A DNA stretch of 64,000 bases from a virus. The position numbers and the translations under genes were made by a program. The stretch lies in the IMG/VR virus record IMGVR_UViG_3300028800_002449. The stretch is one strand, 5' to 3'. This document shows positions 54,581 through 63,262 of this stretch, piece after piece. How positions within the stretch are numbered: the stretch's first letter is position 1; each line of letters opens with the position of its first letter. The notes beneath the pieces are model-generated. The model was not told the origin of the DNA, ran no database searches, and saw only the letters and a list, made by a program, of their open reading frames with translations.

Positions 54581-56411
54581 TCGGACCGAGGACGCCCTGA
54601 GGTCCGGTCGGACCCGTCGCTCCCTGCGTTCCTTGCGGGCCGATGCTGCCCGTCGCGCCCTGGGCGCCCGTCGCGCCTTGAGCGCCAGTCGCGCCACGAG
54701 GACCGGTCGGGCCCGTCGCACCCTGGGTGCCGGCATTTCCCTGAGGTCCCGTCGGCCCCGTCGAGCCCTGCACGCCCTGCGGGCCGATCGTGCCCGTCGG
54801 TCCGACAGATCCCGTCGCGCCCTGAACGCCCGCGCCGCCCTGCGAGCCCGTCGAGCCCTGCACGCCTTGCGTTCCCTGAGGTCCCGTCGGACCGGTCGCG
54901 CCCTGCGTGCCCTGAGGTCCGATCGAGCCCGTCGCGCCCTGCTGGCCCGTCGCACCCCTCGCGCCCGTCGGGCCCGTGCTTCCCTGCGTGCCCTGAGATC
55001 CCTGCGGGCCCGTCGGTCCGGTCGCGCCGACGCCCTGAGGCCCCGTCGGTCCAGTCGTGCCCTGCGTGCCCGCGGGGCCTTGAGGACCGGTCGGACCGGT
55101 CGCGCCCGAACCTTGCGGGCCGGTCGGACCCGTCGTGCCCTGAACGCCAGCACCACCTTGCGGGCCGGTCGGGCCGGTCGTGCCCGAGCCTTGCGGGCCC
55201 GTCGGTCCCGTCGAGCCCTGGATGCCCGTCGCTCCTTGCGGACCTGCTGGACCGGTCGCGCCAGCTCCCTGCGGACCGGTCGGCCCCGTCGATCCTTGGA
55301 TGCCCGTCGCGCCGATCGTGCCGGTCGCGCCCTGCTGGCCGGTCGCGCCCGTGCCGCCCCTCGGACCCGTGGGACCCGTTCCACCCTGAGGACCCTGCGG
55401 TCCCGTCGGGCCGGTCGCGCCTGCGCCTTGCGGGCCTGTCGGTCCTGTCGATCCTTGTATGCCGGTCGCGCCTTGAGGTCCGGCCGCGCCCGTCGCGCCA
55501 GCTCCCTGCGGACCCGTCGGTCCCGTCGAGCCCTGGATGCCAGTGGCTCCTTGCGGACCTGCTGGACCGGTCGCGCCAGCTCCCTGCGGGCCGGTCGGCC
55601 CCGTCGATCCTTGGATGCCCGTCGCGCCGATCGTGCCGGTCGCGCCCTGCTGACCGGTCGCGCCCGTGCCACCCCTCGGGCCCGTCGGACCCGTTCCGCC
55701 CTGAGGACCCTGCGGACCAGTCGGGCCGGTCGCGCCCGAGCCCTGAGGACCTGTCGAGCCCGTCGCTCCGGCTGCGCCCGTCGGACCTTGAGAGCCGGTC
55801 GGGCCCGTCGCGCCGAAGCCGGCAGGGCCCGTCGGGCCGGTCGCGCCCGGCGCGCCAGTCGGCCCTTGGCTGCCCACACCCGTCGCGCCCTGAGGTCCCG
55901 TGGCGCCAGCCGTGCCAGGCGCACCCGTCGGACCCACGGGGCCCGTCGAGCCCGGAGCGCCCGTCACACCTTGAGGACCGCCTGCGGGACCCGTCGCGCC
56001 CTGAGGACCCGTGGCGCCCGTGCCACCGCCGCCGGTCTGGCAGTCGCAGTTCTGCTCGCCCGCGACGGTGATGAAGACGTCGCCCGTGATCCTGCCGATG
56101 ACGTTCAGCCGGAGGAAGCGGACGATCGTGCTCTCGACGAGAACAGGATCGAGGACGAGGGTGAACTGAGGAGCTTGGCCGCCAGACTCACCCGGATCTC
56201 GGACGCTGAACTGGCAGAGCGTGCTCCACGCGATGCCGTCGACGCTGCCCTCGACCGAGATGATGCCGAAGAACCCACCGTTCCCGAAAAGGAACGTGAG
56301 ATCTGCACCCAATCCCGTTGACGGGACGAGCGACGTCAGATCTATCGAGGATTGAGTCCCAGACGCGCCTCGCGGCACGACGGGAAACGCGATGAAATTG
56401 TTGATGCCCAT
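52062..56411 (-). CDS. Giant collagen-like fibre protein 2 (1449 aa)
   Basis: N-terminal domain paralogous to fibre protein 1 ([13 protein letters not shown]... versus [13 protein letters not shown]...). About 480-residue Gly-X-Y region, then an 840-aa C-terminal domain. Confidence 0.9.
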   Translation of the reverse strand: MGINNFIAFPVVPRGASGTQSSIDLTSLVPSTGLGADLTFLFGNGGFFGIISVEGSVDGIAWSTLCQFSVRDPGESGGQAPQFTLVLDPVLVESTIVRFLRLNVIGRITGDVFITVAGEQNCDCQTGGGGTGATGPQGATGPAGGPQGVTGAPGSTGPVGPTGAPGTAGATGPQGATGVGSQGPTGAPGATGPTGPAGFGATGPTGSQGPTGAAGATGSTGPQGSGATGPTGPQGPQGGTGPTGPRGGTGATGQQGATGTIGATGIQGSTGPTGPQGAGATGPAGPQGATGIQGSTGPTGPQGAGATGAAGPQGATGIQGSTGPTGPQGAGATGPTGPQGPQGGTGPTGPRGGTGATGQQGATGTIGATGIQGSTGPTGPQGAGATGPAGPQGATGIQGSTGPTGPQGSGTTGPTGPQGGAGVQGTTGPTGPQGSGATGPTGPQGPAGTQGTTGPTGPQGVGATGPTGPQGSQGTQGSTGPTGARGATGQQGATGSIGPQGTQGATGPTGPQGTQGVQGSTGSQGGAGVQGATGSVGPTGTIGPQGVQGSTGPTGPQGNAGTQGATGPTGPRGATGAQGATGAQGATGSIGPQGTQGATGPTGPQGVLGPTGPTGPQGGLAATGPSGAQLIAPDVLFAATATKVGQDNLFRWDPVNHRLLIGADAVGAGAPLTIGQIGSGSSAIALTGAGAQTLYKTGGTFFFGTADNNAMELNLNNTIYSIWTPNGTAGTFQWKNIGYTSFSSTNSVLTAANGTVFEWGITPPNVASATGILDSYLWDPVTVTITGSSNIGSISMITVRSPTYTAASALTMIVATTMEINGVLQGAAGGFGTGLALYLNNRNSGGTASIGVNDNVYANNMIGWQQGALTSLNIGVATGQFLTLNSTTLIDGTGGTTVFSLNGTNGGVSIQNSSSVTIITTTPQDAFDFIAQGSIASASGTVLDAFHIDSSTITFTGTTGITTPTGVNYFTVERPTYTDTSLMTITTAATVAIHGAPINTGNLTIMGSYALWVQQGLTRLDGGMQISGALTLTLTKLTSTTTATVASADDFTVNTTIASAAGATLNAFHFEGGTQTVTGTTNITTATGYNLFTIEQPTYTDVSVVAITNAATFTIKGAPITGGSLSITNGYALWVQSGTTRLDTVLMTTSIEGIPSGTLSLFNNGGAATAIILGSNIQIQGNVAQTGNIVPASNFTYTLGSASSGWSIIYTENIQGIGGSSLQLANNASGNTEITLGSASITVIGSVVPTSSFAYNLGSSSSGWGTVYVENVQGIGGSSLQLSNNASFNTAITLGSASITVTGTITPTANKTYNLGGTSTVWSTIFVDNVTAADGSSGGLTLTSTDIGGTGTGGLATLLASKAGAGVSFQADAQNQAGAFGQSSIGHGNFVLFAGTNTPFQGGSGVMFINIASSTPSTGNPLNGYFLWGEAGGLKVKGPSGTVTTIANP
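54580..56030 (-). repeat. Gly-X-Y collagen triplet repeat region of fibre protein 2
   Basis: [23 protein letters not shown]...; the opposite-strand ORFs here are Arg/Ala-rich artefacts. Confidence 0.85.
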
Positions 56412-56498
56412 TCAGCCATGGGGGCTCGCGGAGCATCAGGTTTCAGTAGGCTCGGCCATGTTGGCATGACAGCCAGCAAGATACAACCGTGTTGACTG

Positions 56499-57059
56499 TC
56501 ACTTCTCGGCGGCGCCCTCTTTCGTCCCCCAGGCCCACACGGTCACCGGAAAATTATGCTCGTTCACGAGCGAGTTCTCCGGCTGATAGATGGCCCACCT
56601 CGTGAAGTTCGCGATCACGCAGTCTCGGTTTCCCCAGCTGTCGGCGCGGACATCTTTGAAACCGGCCCTCTCCAGCATCAAGATCAAACCGGAGCTGGTC
56701 CATCGCCAGTGATCATGCGGATCGTAGTGGTTCCTGATCAGAAAGGGCGTCGTCACGAACGCTCGCCCCTTCTGAGGCAGAGCCCGCAATACGTTCGCGA
56801 GAGCATCGGCAGGGTTCGAGACGTGCTCCAGGACCTGATCGAGGACGATCAGGTTCGCGCCCTCCACGCGAGACTGCCAACCGTCCTTGCACACGTCTAT
56901 GTTCTCCAAGCTCCTGTAGCTGCGCCAAGGCAGGAGATCAGAAAACTCCGAGCCAGAGATCTCCAAGACGTCCAGCTCGGCGGCCTCCTCACGGAACAGA
57001 TCGGCCGCCGCACGGTACATGACGATCCGACACCAATGGTCACGCACCCTGTGGGACAA
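56499..57059 (-). CDS. Class I SAM-dependent methyltransferase, paralog A
   Basis: LDVLEISGSE and LIVLDQVLEHV...LPQKGRAFV motifs; 65% identical to the 57892..58431 product. Confidence 0.6.
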   Translation of the reverse strand: MSHRVRDHWCRIVMYRAAADLFREEAAELDVLEISGSEFSDLLPWRSYRSLENIDVCKDGWQSRVEGANLIVLDQVLEHVSNPADALANVLRALPQKGRAFVTTPFLIRNHYDPHDHWRWTSSGLILMLERAGFKDVRADSWGNRDCVIANFTRWAIYQPENSLVNEHNFPVTVWAWGTKEGAAEK

Positions 57060-57070
57060 GTGGGAAATTT

Positions 57071-57397
57071 TTACACGCCGTCGACGTCATCCACAAGATG
57101 ACGCCGCAACCGTCGACGCTGCCTGAGGGCATCTCGCGAGCCGCCGATGTGGCAGGCACCGTAGCCGATGCTCGGCCTCCCATGGCGACGCTTCCCGCAC
57201 CGGTGTCGCTGCCAGCGGTTCTTCCTGAACCAGCCGGACGTGTTCCTCCACCTCGTCGGCTGATCGCTGACACCCACGCCGTAGATGTCGTTCCTGATGC
57301 CGGCGATCCTGCGGATCTCCAGCTGACGACGAACGTGCCTCTTCGTGCTAGCGAACCTCGCCCATCGGCGACGCTTCTCTGCTGCCCTGCTCTCCAT
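57071..57397 (-). CDS. Possible Arg/Lys-rich basic protein
   Basis: Three minus frames are open here in GC-rich DNA; this one has mixed composition but could be an artefact. Confidence 0.2.
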   Translation of the reverse strand: MESRAAEKRRRWARFASTKRHVRRQLEIRRIAGIRNDIYGVGVSDQPTRWRNTSGWFRKNRWQRHRCGKRRHGRPSIGYGACHIGGSRDALRQRRRLRRHLVDDVDGV

Positions 57398-57559
57398 CTT
57401 TTTCTCCTTGGAGCGCCCCCGCCAGGGGCGCGCACATGAAGAAAAAGTTCGACATGATGTGCTTGAGAATCTCCTGCTGCATCTTCTTGACGTCTTCCTC
57501 GATGAAAGGATCTTTCACGGCATCGACCTCCTGCGTGGTAGGAGCCACAAGCTCGCTGC

Positions 57560-57853
57560 TCACGTCGGATCCTTCGTCATCGGGAACGCGACGGCCAACC
57601 ACTCTTCGTAGCAGACGGGACACCACTTCACGTCGAAGCCTCTGACCTTGTGACCCTTCACGCAGATGTAGACCTCGGGCTGAAGGAGCTTCAACGTGTC
57701 GGTGTTCTTCATGACGAGTGAAAAGCCCTCACCTACCGGCGCGGTGCCAATCGTCAGCATGTCGGGATTCTTCATGGCGATCGAAAAGCTGTCGCCCATG
57801 GGCGTCGTGGGAATCGTCAGCAAGAAGGGCGTCGACGTCTTTTCATCAGCCAT
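57560..57853 (-). CDS. Hypothetical protein, about 97 aa, with internal duplicated motif and C-terminal CxxC...CxxC
   Basis: TPMGDSFSIAMKNPDMLTI and APVGEGFSLVMKNTDTLKL repeats; CVKGH...WCPVC. Confidence 0.35.
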   Translation of the reverse strand: MADEKTSTPFLLTIPTTPMGDSFSIAMKNPDMLTIGTAPVGEGFSLVMKNTDTLKLLQPEVYICVKGHKVRGFDVKWCPVCYEEWLAVAFPMTKDPT

Positions 57854-57891
57854 GAGTCGGACTTCAAGTGAAGCACGAAGGAGCGAAGCGC

Positions 57892-58431
57892 TCAACCAAC
57901 CTTCGTCCCCCATGCCCAGACCGTCACGGGAAAATCTGGCTCGTTGACGAGAGAGTGATCGGCCGGCCGATAGGTCTCCCACAGGGCGAAGTTCGCTATC
58001 GCGCAGGCCCTGTTCCCCCAGCTGTCTGAATGAACGTCCTTGAAGGCCGCCCTCTTCAACATCAAGGCGAGACCAGAGCTGGTCCATCTCCAATGGTCCT
58101 GAGGAGAGGGGTGGTTCTTGACCAGGAACGGCGTAGAGACGAAGACGCGTCCTCCAGCCGGCAACGCCTTGACGATGTTGACGAGGGCTTCATGAGGGCT
58201 ATCGACGTGCTCCAGGACCTGATCGATGACGATCAAGTTCGCGTCCTTCGCACGAAACTGCCAACCATCCTTGCAGAGGTCGACACCGGACACCGAGCGG
58301 AAGCTCTTCCAGGGAAGGAGGTCCGAAAATGCGCCTCCGGAGATCTCGACGACGTCGAGCTTGCCCGCATCACCCTCGAAGTGCTTCTTCGCCGCCTCGT
58401 ACATGGCGATGCGAGTCCAGTGGCTGCGCAC
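57892..58431 (-). CDS. Class I SAM-dependent methyltransferase, paralog B
   Basis: GTG start (VRSHWTRIAMY) chosen by alignment with paralog A. The listed longer ORF would run into the tRNA-Gln gene. Confidence 0.6.
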   Translation of the reverse strand: MRSHWTRIAMYEAAKKHFEGDAGKLDVVEISGGAFSDLLPWKSFRSVSGVDLCKDGWQFRAKDANLIVIDQVLEHVDSPHEALVNIVKALPAGGRVFVSTPFLVKNHPSPQDHWRWTSSGLALMLKRAAFKDVHSDSWGNRACAIANFALWETYRPADHSLVNEPDFPVTVWAWGTKVG

Positions 58432-58521
58432 GCCGTAGGGCACGATCAGAACTCCTGGTGAGTCAGGCTGGTCAGAGCAGGAAGGACGGTGACGAGTGCG
58501 ATCGAGTTGGACGGCAGAGTT

Positions 58522-58598
58522 TGGTACGCAAAGTTGGATTTGAACCAACGATCTTCCGCTTCAGAGGCGAACGTCCTACCAGACTGGACGATTTGCAT
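58522..58598 (-). tRNA. tRNA-Gln (anticodon CUG), 77 nt with encoded CCA
   Basis: Manual fold: acceptor ATGCAAA/TTTGCGT, D-arm GTCC-AGTCTGGTA-GGAC, anticodon arm TTCGC-CTCTGAA-GCGGA, T-arm GTTGG-TTCAAAT-CCAAC, discriminator A, CCA. Confidence 0.8.
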
Positions 58599-58940
58599 GT
58601 GTGCCGTTCCGGGGTTGATCGCTCTCGACATCGTCCTTTCTACGCTGAGAAAATTGAAGCTCTCGACCGAGTGTCAGACCTGTGTGCGCCGTTAGGCCAG
58701 TTCTTCAGACTGGTGCGTTTACCATTCCGCCACGTCTCCCTCTCGGGAAACGACAGGACTTGAACCTGCAAATGCTTGTGAGGTCGTGACTGTTGGTCGT
58801 GAGCAGCGAGGTTCCCTGGAGTCGAACCAGGTGGTGTTACTCTGATGGGGCTTGCCGTCTCCCCCGAAACCCCGAATCGAACGAAAGATAGACTGCTTCT
58901 ATTTTCAATCTCCGTCAAGAGAAAATCGACATCTCTGCTT
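58599..58940 (-). ncRNA. Non-coding region with tRNA-like fragments (degenerate tRNA-like elements or other structured RNA)
   Basis: Good T-arm motifs on the minus strand (GCAGGTTCAAGTCCTGT, CCTGGTTCGACTCCAGG). One good D-arm plus anticodon arm (GGCGGAATGGTAAACGC / CCAGT-CTGAAGA-ACTGG, anticodon GAA). I could not assemble a complete cloverleaf by hand. Confidence 0.3.
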
Positions 58941-59990
58941 TCAGCTCGGGTGGTTGGTCAGGTACGCCTCGACGACGTTCACCAACAGGCGATCGATCGC
59001 GACCGGATCTGAGCCCTCCGGCAGCTTCGACTCAGCAGCGACCGCGTTCAGACTCGTCTCCGTGTCTTGAGCCCACTGCATCAGCTCGTCGTAGCTCCAT
59101 CGTCCATCACGCACCGACAGAAGCTCCTCCGCGTCGGGACGTCTCACCAGCACCTGCCCGTCACGCAGGATCTCGATCGCCATCCGCATCAGACGGACGA
59201 GGTGCATCGCGTGCTTCGTGTCGTACCCGAAACGCCGCTCCAGCTCGGCGCGCTTCTCGTTCCGCTCGTCCTTCCACTTGCAGAAGGCCACCCAGTTGCG
59301 CATGGCGCTCTTGTACTTCCGCTCGGCGACGACGATCGGGATCAGATTCGGCGCGAGGTCGACCTCCGACGCCACGAGCGTCACCAGCTCCTCGTCACGC
59401 TCTGCAACCTTGTCCTTCGTCCAACCCTCACCACCGAGCGTGTCTTCGATCTTGCGGATGCGCGACTCGATCAAACCGAACTGCTCCTTCGGCAACGTCG
59501 GCGCCTGAGGAAGCCCATAGTCCTCACGCTCTGGATGCTTCTTCGGCGGATCGAGCAGCCACTTCTTGTGACTCTTGATGCGCTTCAGCTGCGCCATCGC
59601 GTAGCCGCTGAAGGAATCCTTCGCGACCTTGGTCACGAACATCTCACGCTGCTCGACGAAGATCTTCCAGTAGGAATTCACGAAGACCCAGTCAGCCTCG
59701 TTCGTGAAAAGGATCTCGATGATGTTCGGGTTGCACGACGACGCCATCGAGGCGAACTTCCTCAGGTCGTAGATCGTGATGTCGATCGGCTGCTTCGTCT
59801 CGACGCTCTCGAACTTGTAGAGGCTGCCGAGGAAGTAGCGCTTCGGCGGGATCGCGATGCCCTTGTAGTCCTCGTCCGACGTCGCGATGTTCGTCCCGTA
59901 CGCATGGCTGCCACTGCGACACAGGAAGATCGTCCTGCGCTTGAGCCAATCGAGGTTGCCCATGTACCAAGTGAAGTCCGCGACGTTCAT
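58941..59990 (-). CDS. Pol-beta-superfamily nucleotidyltransferase (RlaP/PF10127-like), 349 aa
   Basis: N-terminal IFLCRSGSHAYGTNIATSDEDYKGIAIPP matches the GS-x9-DxD nucleotidyltransferase signature. Confidence 0.55.
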   Translation of the reverse strand: MNVADFTWYMGNLDWLKRRTIFLCRSGSHAYGTNIATSDEDYKGIAIPPKRYFLGSLYKFESVETKQPIDITIYDLRKFASMASSCNPNIIEILFTNEADWVFVNSYWKIFVEQREMFVTKVAKDSFSGYAMAQLKRIKSHKKWLLDPPKKHPEREDYGLPQAPTLPKEQFGLIESRIRKIEDTLGGEGWTKDKVAERDEELVTLVASEVDLAPNLIPIVVAERKYKSAMRNWVAFCKWKDERNEKRAELERRFGYDTKHAMHLVRLMRMAIEILRDGQVLVRRPDAEELLSVRDGRWSYDELMQWAQDTETSLNAVAAESKLPEGSDPVAIDRLLVNVVEAYLTNHPS

Positions 59991-60020
59991 GACGGACCGG
60001 ATGGTCTCACAAGAGCAGCT

Positions 60021-60227
60021 TCACGCGTACTCTTTGACGTAAAGAGTCCCGATGCCGTCGTTCTTGCCCCTCGGGTCTTCGCGCTCGACGATCACGAACA
60101 TCCCCTTGTCGCGGAAAGCGAGACGAGCCCCGACGCGGGGACGTGCTCGCGCATCATGGTCGCTGATGAAACCCTGACCCCTGCCGGACCTCAAGATGAC
60201 TGCGTACTTCCAACGGGATACTGGCAT
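60021..60227 (-). CDS. Hypothetical small protein
   Basis: ORF; overlaps the alternative-frame ORF 60154..60528. Confidence 0.3.
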   Translation of the reverse strand: MPVSRWKYAVILRSGRGQGFISDHDARARPRVGARLAFRDKGMFVIVEREDPRGKNDGIGTLYVKEYA

Positions 60228-60387
60228 GACGCTGATGGCCCTTTCGACCTAGTGCAGAGAATGTCCGGACAGACGAGCCGAAGCTTTGAAGATGACCGAG
60301 ATCGGAAACGAAGCCGCACTTAGGACACTTCCCCTCGTGGTCGAGGAGAGCGTCGCAGTCGTCGTCATGGAACATGAGCATCGGCAT
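60154..60387 (-). CDS. Zinc-ribbon micro-protein
   Basis: MPMLMFHDDDCDALLDHEGKCPKCGF. Confidence 0.3.
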   Translation of the reverse strand: MPMLMFHDDDCDALLDHEGKCPKCGFVSDLGHLQSFGSSVRTFSALGRKGHQRHASIPLEVRSHLEVRQGSGFHQRP

Positions 60388-60395
60388 GAGACGAA

Positions 60396-60977
60396 CTAGT
60401 GCGCGAAAGCGTTCCGTGGAGAGATTGAGTAGTTGATCTTCTTGCCGGTCTGGAGCCACTCGGAGATCGACATCGCCAGGCACGACGACACGTTCATGAT
60501 GAACGGCAAGTGGTCGCCTTCGTGGCACGTCGCCTGGCCCGTCACAGACTCAGAGTCGACCTTGAAGTCGGGATCCCACACCACGCGACCGAATGCCCCG
60601 TCGGCCGCCAGCGCGCCATGGACGCAGGGGATCTTGTGCTTGGCCGCATATTCGATGAGCAGAAGCCGGGAGGCGGCGTTGTCGAGACAGTCGACGATGA
60701 GGTCGCTCGGATCGATCACGATGCCGATGTTCGTGGCGACCATCTGCGCCGGCATGGCCTCTATCTTGAGCCCCCACATGAGAGACATCGTCGCCTTCAC
60801 CGCGTCGGTCTTCAGCCTGCCGACGTGAGGCTTACCGTGGAACTGCGAACGGACGTTCTTGTGCTCGACGCGATCGAAGTCTGCGATCCGAAGCGTGACG
60901 TCCAAGTTGCGGAGCAGCTGCACGAGGTTCGAGCCCAGGGCTCCGACGCCGATGATGGTGACGCGCTTCATGACCAA
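60396..60977 (-). CDS. ThiF/MoeB/E1-like adenylyltransferase-fold protein, 193 aa
   Basis: VTIIGVGALGSNLVQLL Rossmann motif, DFDRVEHKNVRSQF, conserved Cys PCVHG. Confidence 0.65.
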   Translation of the reverse strand: MVMKRVTIIGVGALGSNLVQLLRNLDVTLRIADFDRVEHKNVRSQFHGKPHVGRLKTDAVKATMSLMWGLKIEAMPAQMVATNIGIVIDPSDLIVDCLDNAASRLLLIEYAAKHKIPCVHGALAADGAFGRVVWDPDFKVDSESVTGQATCHEGDHLPFIMNVSSCLAMSISEWLQTGKKINYSISPRNAFAH

Positions 60978-61210
60978 CCGTGCTTGTGGATGTAGTTGAC
61001 GACGTCGGAAGGCTCGATGCCGAAGTTGCGACTTCGACCTCGCTCCGATGAAAGCTCGGCCGCGGCGTCGGCCGACACGTTCAGCTCGTCCTTGAGGAAG
61101 TCGACGAGACGGATGTCGGCCACGCGCTCGTTCCCGCGGATCCTAATGAAGGACTTACCCACGACCCATTCGAAGTCCTTCCCGGCGACGACCAGCTTGC
61201 GCATGCTCAT
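60968..61210 (-). CDS. Hypothetical protein, 80 aa
   Basis: ORF. Confidence 0.35.
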   Translation of the reverse strand: MSMRKLVVAGKDFEWVVGKSFIRIRGNERVADIRLVDFLKDELNVSADAAAELSSERGRSRNFGIEPSDVVNYIHKHGWS

Positions 61211-61214
61211 GACT

Positions 61215-61454
61215 TCACTCGTCGCTCGTCATGACTGATTCGAGCTTGCCGCCTCGATCGAAGCTGAGACAGGCCCAGCTAGAGCTGTAGCCCAAGTTCT
61301 TCGGCCCACACAGCCCACTGAAGGAAATGTTGATTCCCTCGATCTTTCTTCCGTCATCGTCCTTCCTCCCATGCTCTCTAAACACGATGCCGGCCTTGGA
61401 GAACACGCCACGAATCTTTTCCAGATCGGACATGTGTGGCTCGCGGATTATCAT
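61215..61454 (-). CDS. Hypothetical protein, about 79 aa
   Basis: Internal Met MIIREPHMSDLEK. Confidence 0.35.
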   Translation of the reverse strand: MIIREPHMSDLEKIRGVFSKAGIVFREHGRKDDDGRKIEGINISFSGLCGPKNLGYSSSWACLSFDRGGKLESVMTSDE

Positions 61455-61592
61455 GACTTGTCCTTCAACCTCGGGCGCGTCGTGACCTCGTCGACAGCCT
61501 TCAAGCACTTGCACTTCGTGCAGTACCATCCGAGTCCGAGCGAATAGCGGATGACGGTCGAGCACTTCTTACAGAACTCCCGCCGCTTCACT
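61452..61592 (-). CDS. Unlisted zinc-ribbon micro-ORF, about 46 aa, GTG start
   Basis: Manual translation gives MKRREFCKKCSTVIRYSLGLGWYCTKCKCLKAVDEVTTRPRLKDKS. GTGA and ATGA overlaps with both neighbours. Confidence 0.35.
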
Positions 61593-62490
61593 TTTGAGCC
61601 GCCAGGTCCGACACGATCTTGCGAGCCTCAGGCCTGTTGAAGAAGTCGAGAGCGACGGCGATCCTGGTGAACCTCTCGTTCTTGATTACTTTCCTTTGCT
61701 TATCCTCGCGGTTTTTCTCATCTTGCTGATCTGCCAGCCACGCAGCTTCTGATATCGCTGACACCTGTTGGGTCAGGGTAGAGTCGACAGGATCCAAAAG
61801 GCGAAAGAAGAACAACGTCCTCTCGATGAGGCATGACGGACGATCTGATTCACACCCGGTCAGGTCCACCTCGTGAAGCTCTACGCCGCCCTGATGATGG
61901 CCGAAGTTCGCGCGAGCATACCAAAGAGGCTCACTGTCCGAAGCTTTTTCAGCGTTGCTGACGACCCTAGAAGGCTGTCCCTTCTTCTTCGAATAGTTTT
62001 CCCGAGGATTGGTCGCGCTCCAATCGTCATAGAAGTTCTCGTACAGATCCTCCTTCGTCATGCCGACGAGGCGAATCTTGCTCGTGCAGTTGATGCAGCT
62101 GTAGTGACAGTCCTCCATCCAATCGCCGTCTTCTTCCGCTTCCTGCTCCGGCTCGTACTTCTCGCAGACGTAGAATGGTGGCGGCACCGCCAAGCCCGCA
62201 CTAGCCGCCTCCGTCATGCGGGACATGAAGTCATGGAAGAGAGACTCGACCCTGTCCTGCTGGTCGTACTTGGCTGCGATCTCGTTCATCCGGTCAGAAG
62301 GAGCGACGAACTCGATCTCAAGGATCGCCTTCGTCTTCGCGGATGGCTCCTTCTTGAAGACACCCTTCGCCACGTCCAGGAGAGCCTGAGGCGTGCTCGC
62401 GAACGCCACGTGCCCCCTGTCGTGCTCCGTCCACCAGTGCAGCATGAACGTGCGCCCGGCAGACGGGTTGTAGACCTCGAACGGCTTCAC
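61588..62490 (-). CDS. Hypothetical protein, 300 aa
   Basis: ORF; acidic Cys-containing middle. Confidence 0.45.
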   Translation of the reverse strand: MKPFEVYNPSAGRTFMLHWWTEHDRGHVAFASTPQALLDVAKGVFKKEPSAKTKAILEIEFVAPSDRMNEIAAKYDQQDRVESLFHDFMSRMTEAASAGLAVPPPFYVCEKYEPEQEAEEDGDWMEDCHYSCINCTSKIRLVGMTKEDLYENFYDDWSATNPRENYSKKKGQPSRVVSNAEKASDSEPLWYARANFGHHQGGVELHEVDLTGCESDRPSCLIERTLFFFRLLDPVDSTLTQQVSAISEAAWLADQQDEKNREDKQRKVIKNERFTRIAVALDFFNRPEARKIVSDLAAQK

Positions 62491-62538
62491 GGCAGCCTCT
62501 GGTTGCTCTGATTGCTCTAGTTGCGAAGGCTAGAGGTC

Positions 62539-63186
62539 CTACGCGCTCTGCTGATCTTCAGAGAAGATCATGTCGACGTCGATGACGTCGGCCAGGCTCT
62601 CGTCCGGATGGGCAGGAATGTACAAGCCGCCGGTCTCTTTCGCGCCCACGCTCATCGACGACATCATCATGTTGCAGACGTCCAAGGCCGACACGCCACG
62701 AAGAGCGTTCGACTTTGCAGCGACCTCTTCGGCGTCCTTGAACGTCGTCCCCCAGAACCACGGCCTGACAGCCTTCGGCATGTCGAGGCTGTGGTCCTTG
62801 CCATCGTAAGGCCATCCGCCCGTGGGATGATGGCCACCCTCGCCGTCACGGACGATCGAGACGCGGAAACCGAGCTTGTCCACGAACCCGTCCGACGGGA
62901 TGTAGTAGCAGAAGCGAGGTTGAGCGCCGAATGGAGTCTTCGGGCGAAGCTGGATGAGGTTGTACGGACGCGTCTCGTTCGCCGTGAAGCGATCGATCAC
63001 GAAGTCCGTGAAGTCGGCGTTCGCGTCCAGCGCGAGGCCCGGGACACCTCCGCCGCGTACGGCCTCCGTCACCCACTGCTTGACGTCGCCGTCGCCCGCG
63101 TCGAAGGACACGCTGTCCGGCAGGTCGCCGTTCGCGCCGCCGTAGGTGATGTTCACTCTCGCTTCCGTCGCGTTCAGGGTCGTCAT
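62539..63186 (-). CDS. Hypothetical protein, 215 aa (first gene after a type 1 promoter)
   Basis: SD AGAGGAGACAACCC. Confidence 0.45.
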   Translation of the reverse strand: MTTLNATEARVNITYGGANGDLPDSVSFDAGDGDVKQWVTEAVRGGGVPGLALDANADFTDFVIDRFTANETRPYNLIQLRPKTPFGAQPRFCYYIPSDGFVDKLGFRVSIVRDGEGGHHPTGGWPYDGKDHSLDMPKAVRPWFWGTTFKDAEEVAAKSNALRGVSALDVCNMMMSSMSVGAKETGGLYIPAHPDESLADVIDVDMIFSEDQQSA

Positions 63187-63204
63187 GGGTTGTCTCCTCT
63201 AGAG

Positions 63205-63250
63205 CGGACGATGCTAAGTCTATCGCAAATCTTGGTCAAGATAAAAACGA
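63205..63250 (-). promoter_or_regulatory. Promoter motif type 1 (TTTTTATCTTGACCAAGAT-N13-TAGCAT)
   Basis: Plus strand reads AAATCTTGGTCAAGATAAAAACG; palindrome ATCTTG-GT-CAAGAT. Confidence 0.6.
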
Positions 63251-63262
63251 TCCCGAGCACGA

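Noticed and set aside
46402-56000. Whether the highly repetitive collagen DNA is a CRISPR array or a transposon-related repeat.
   Set aside because: Repeats have a 9-nt codon-triplet periodicity with no unique spacers. They are fully explained as coding Gly-X-Y.
58640-58918. 92-aa ORF (MTEIENRSS...) covering the tRNA-like region.
   Set aside because: It overlaps tRNA-like structural modules and has no start-site context; most likely non-coding.
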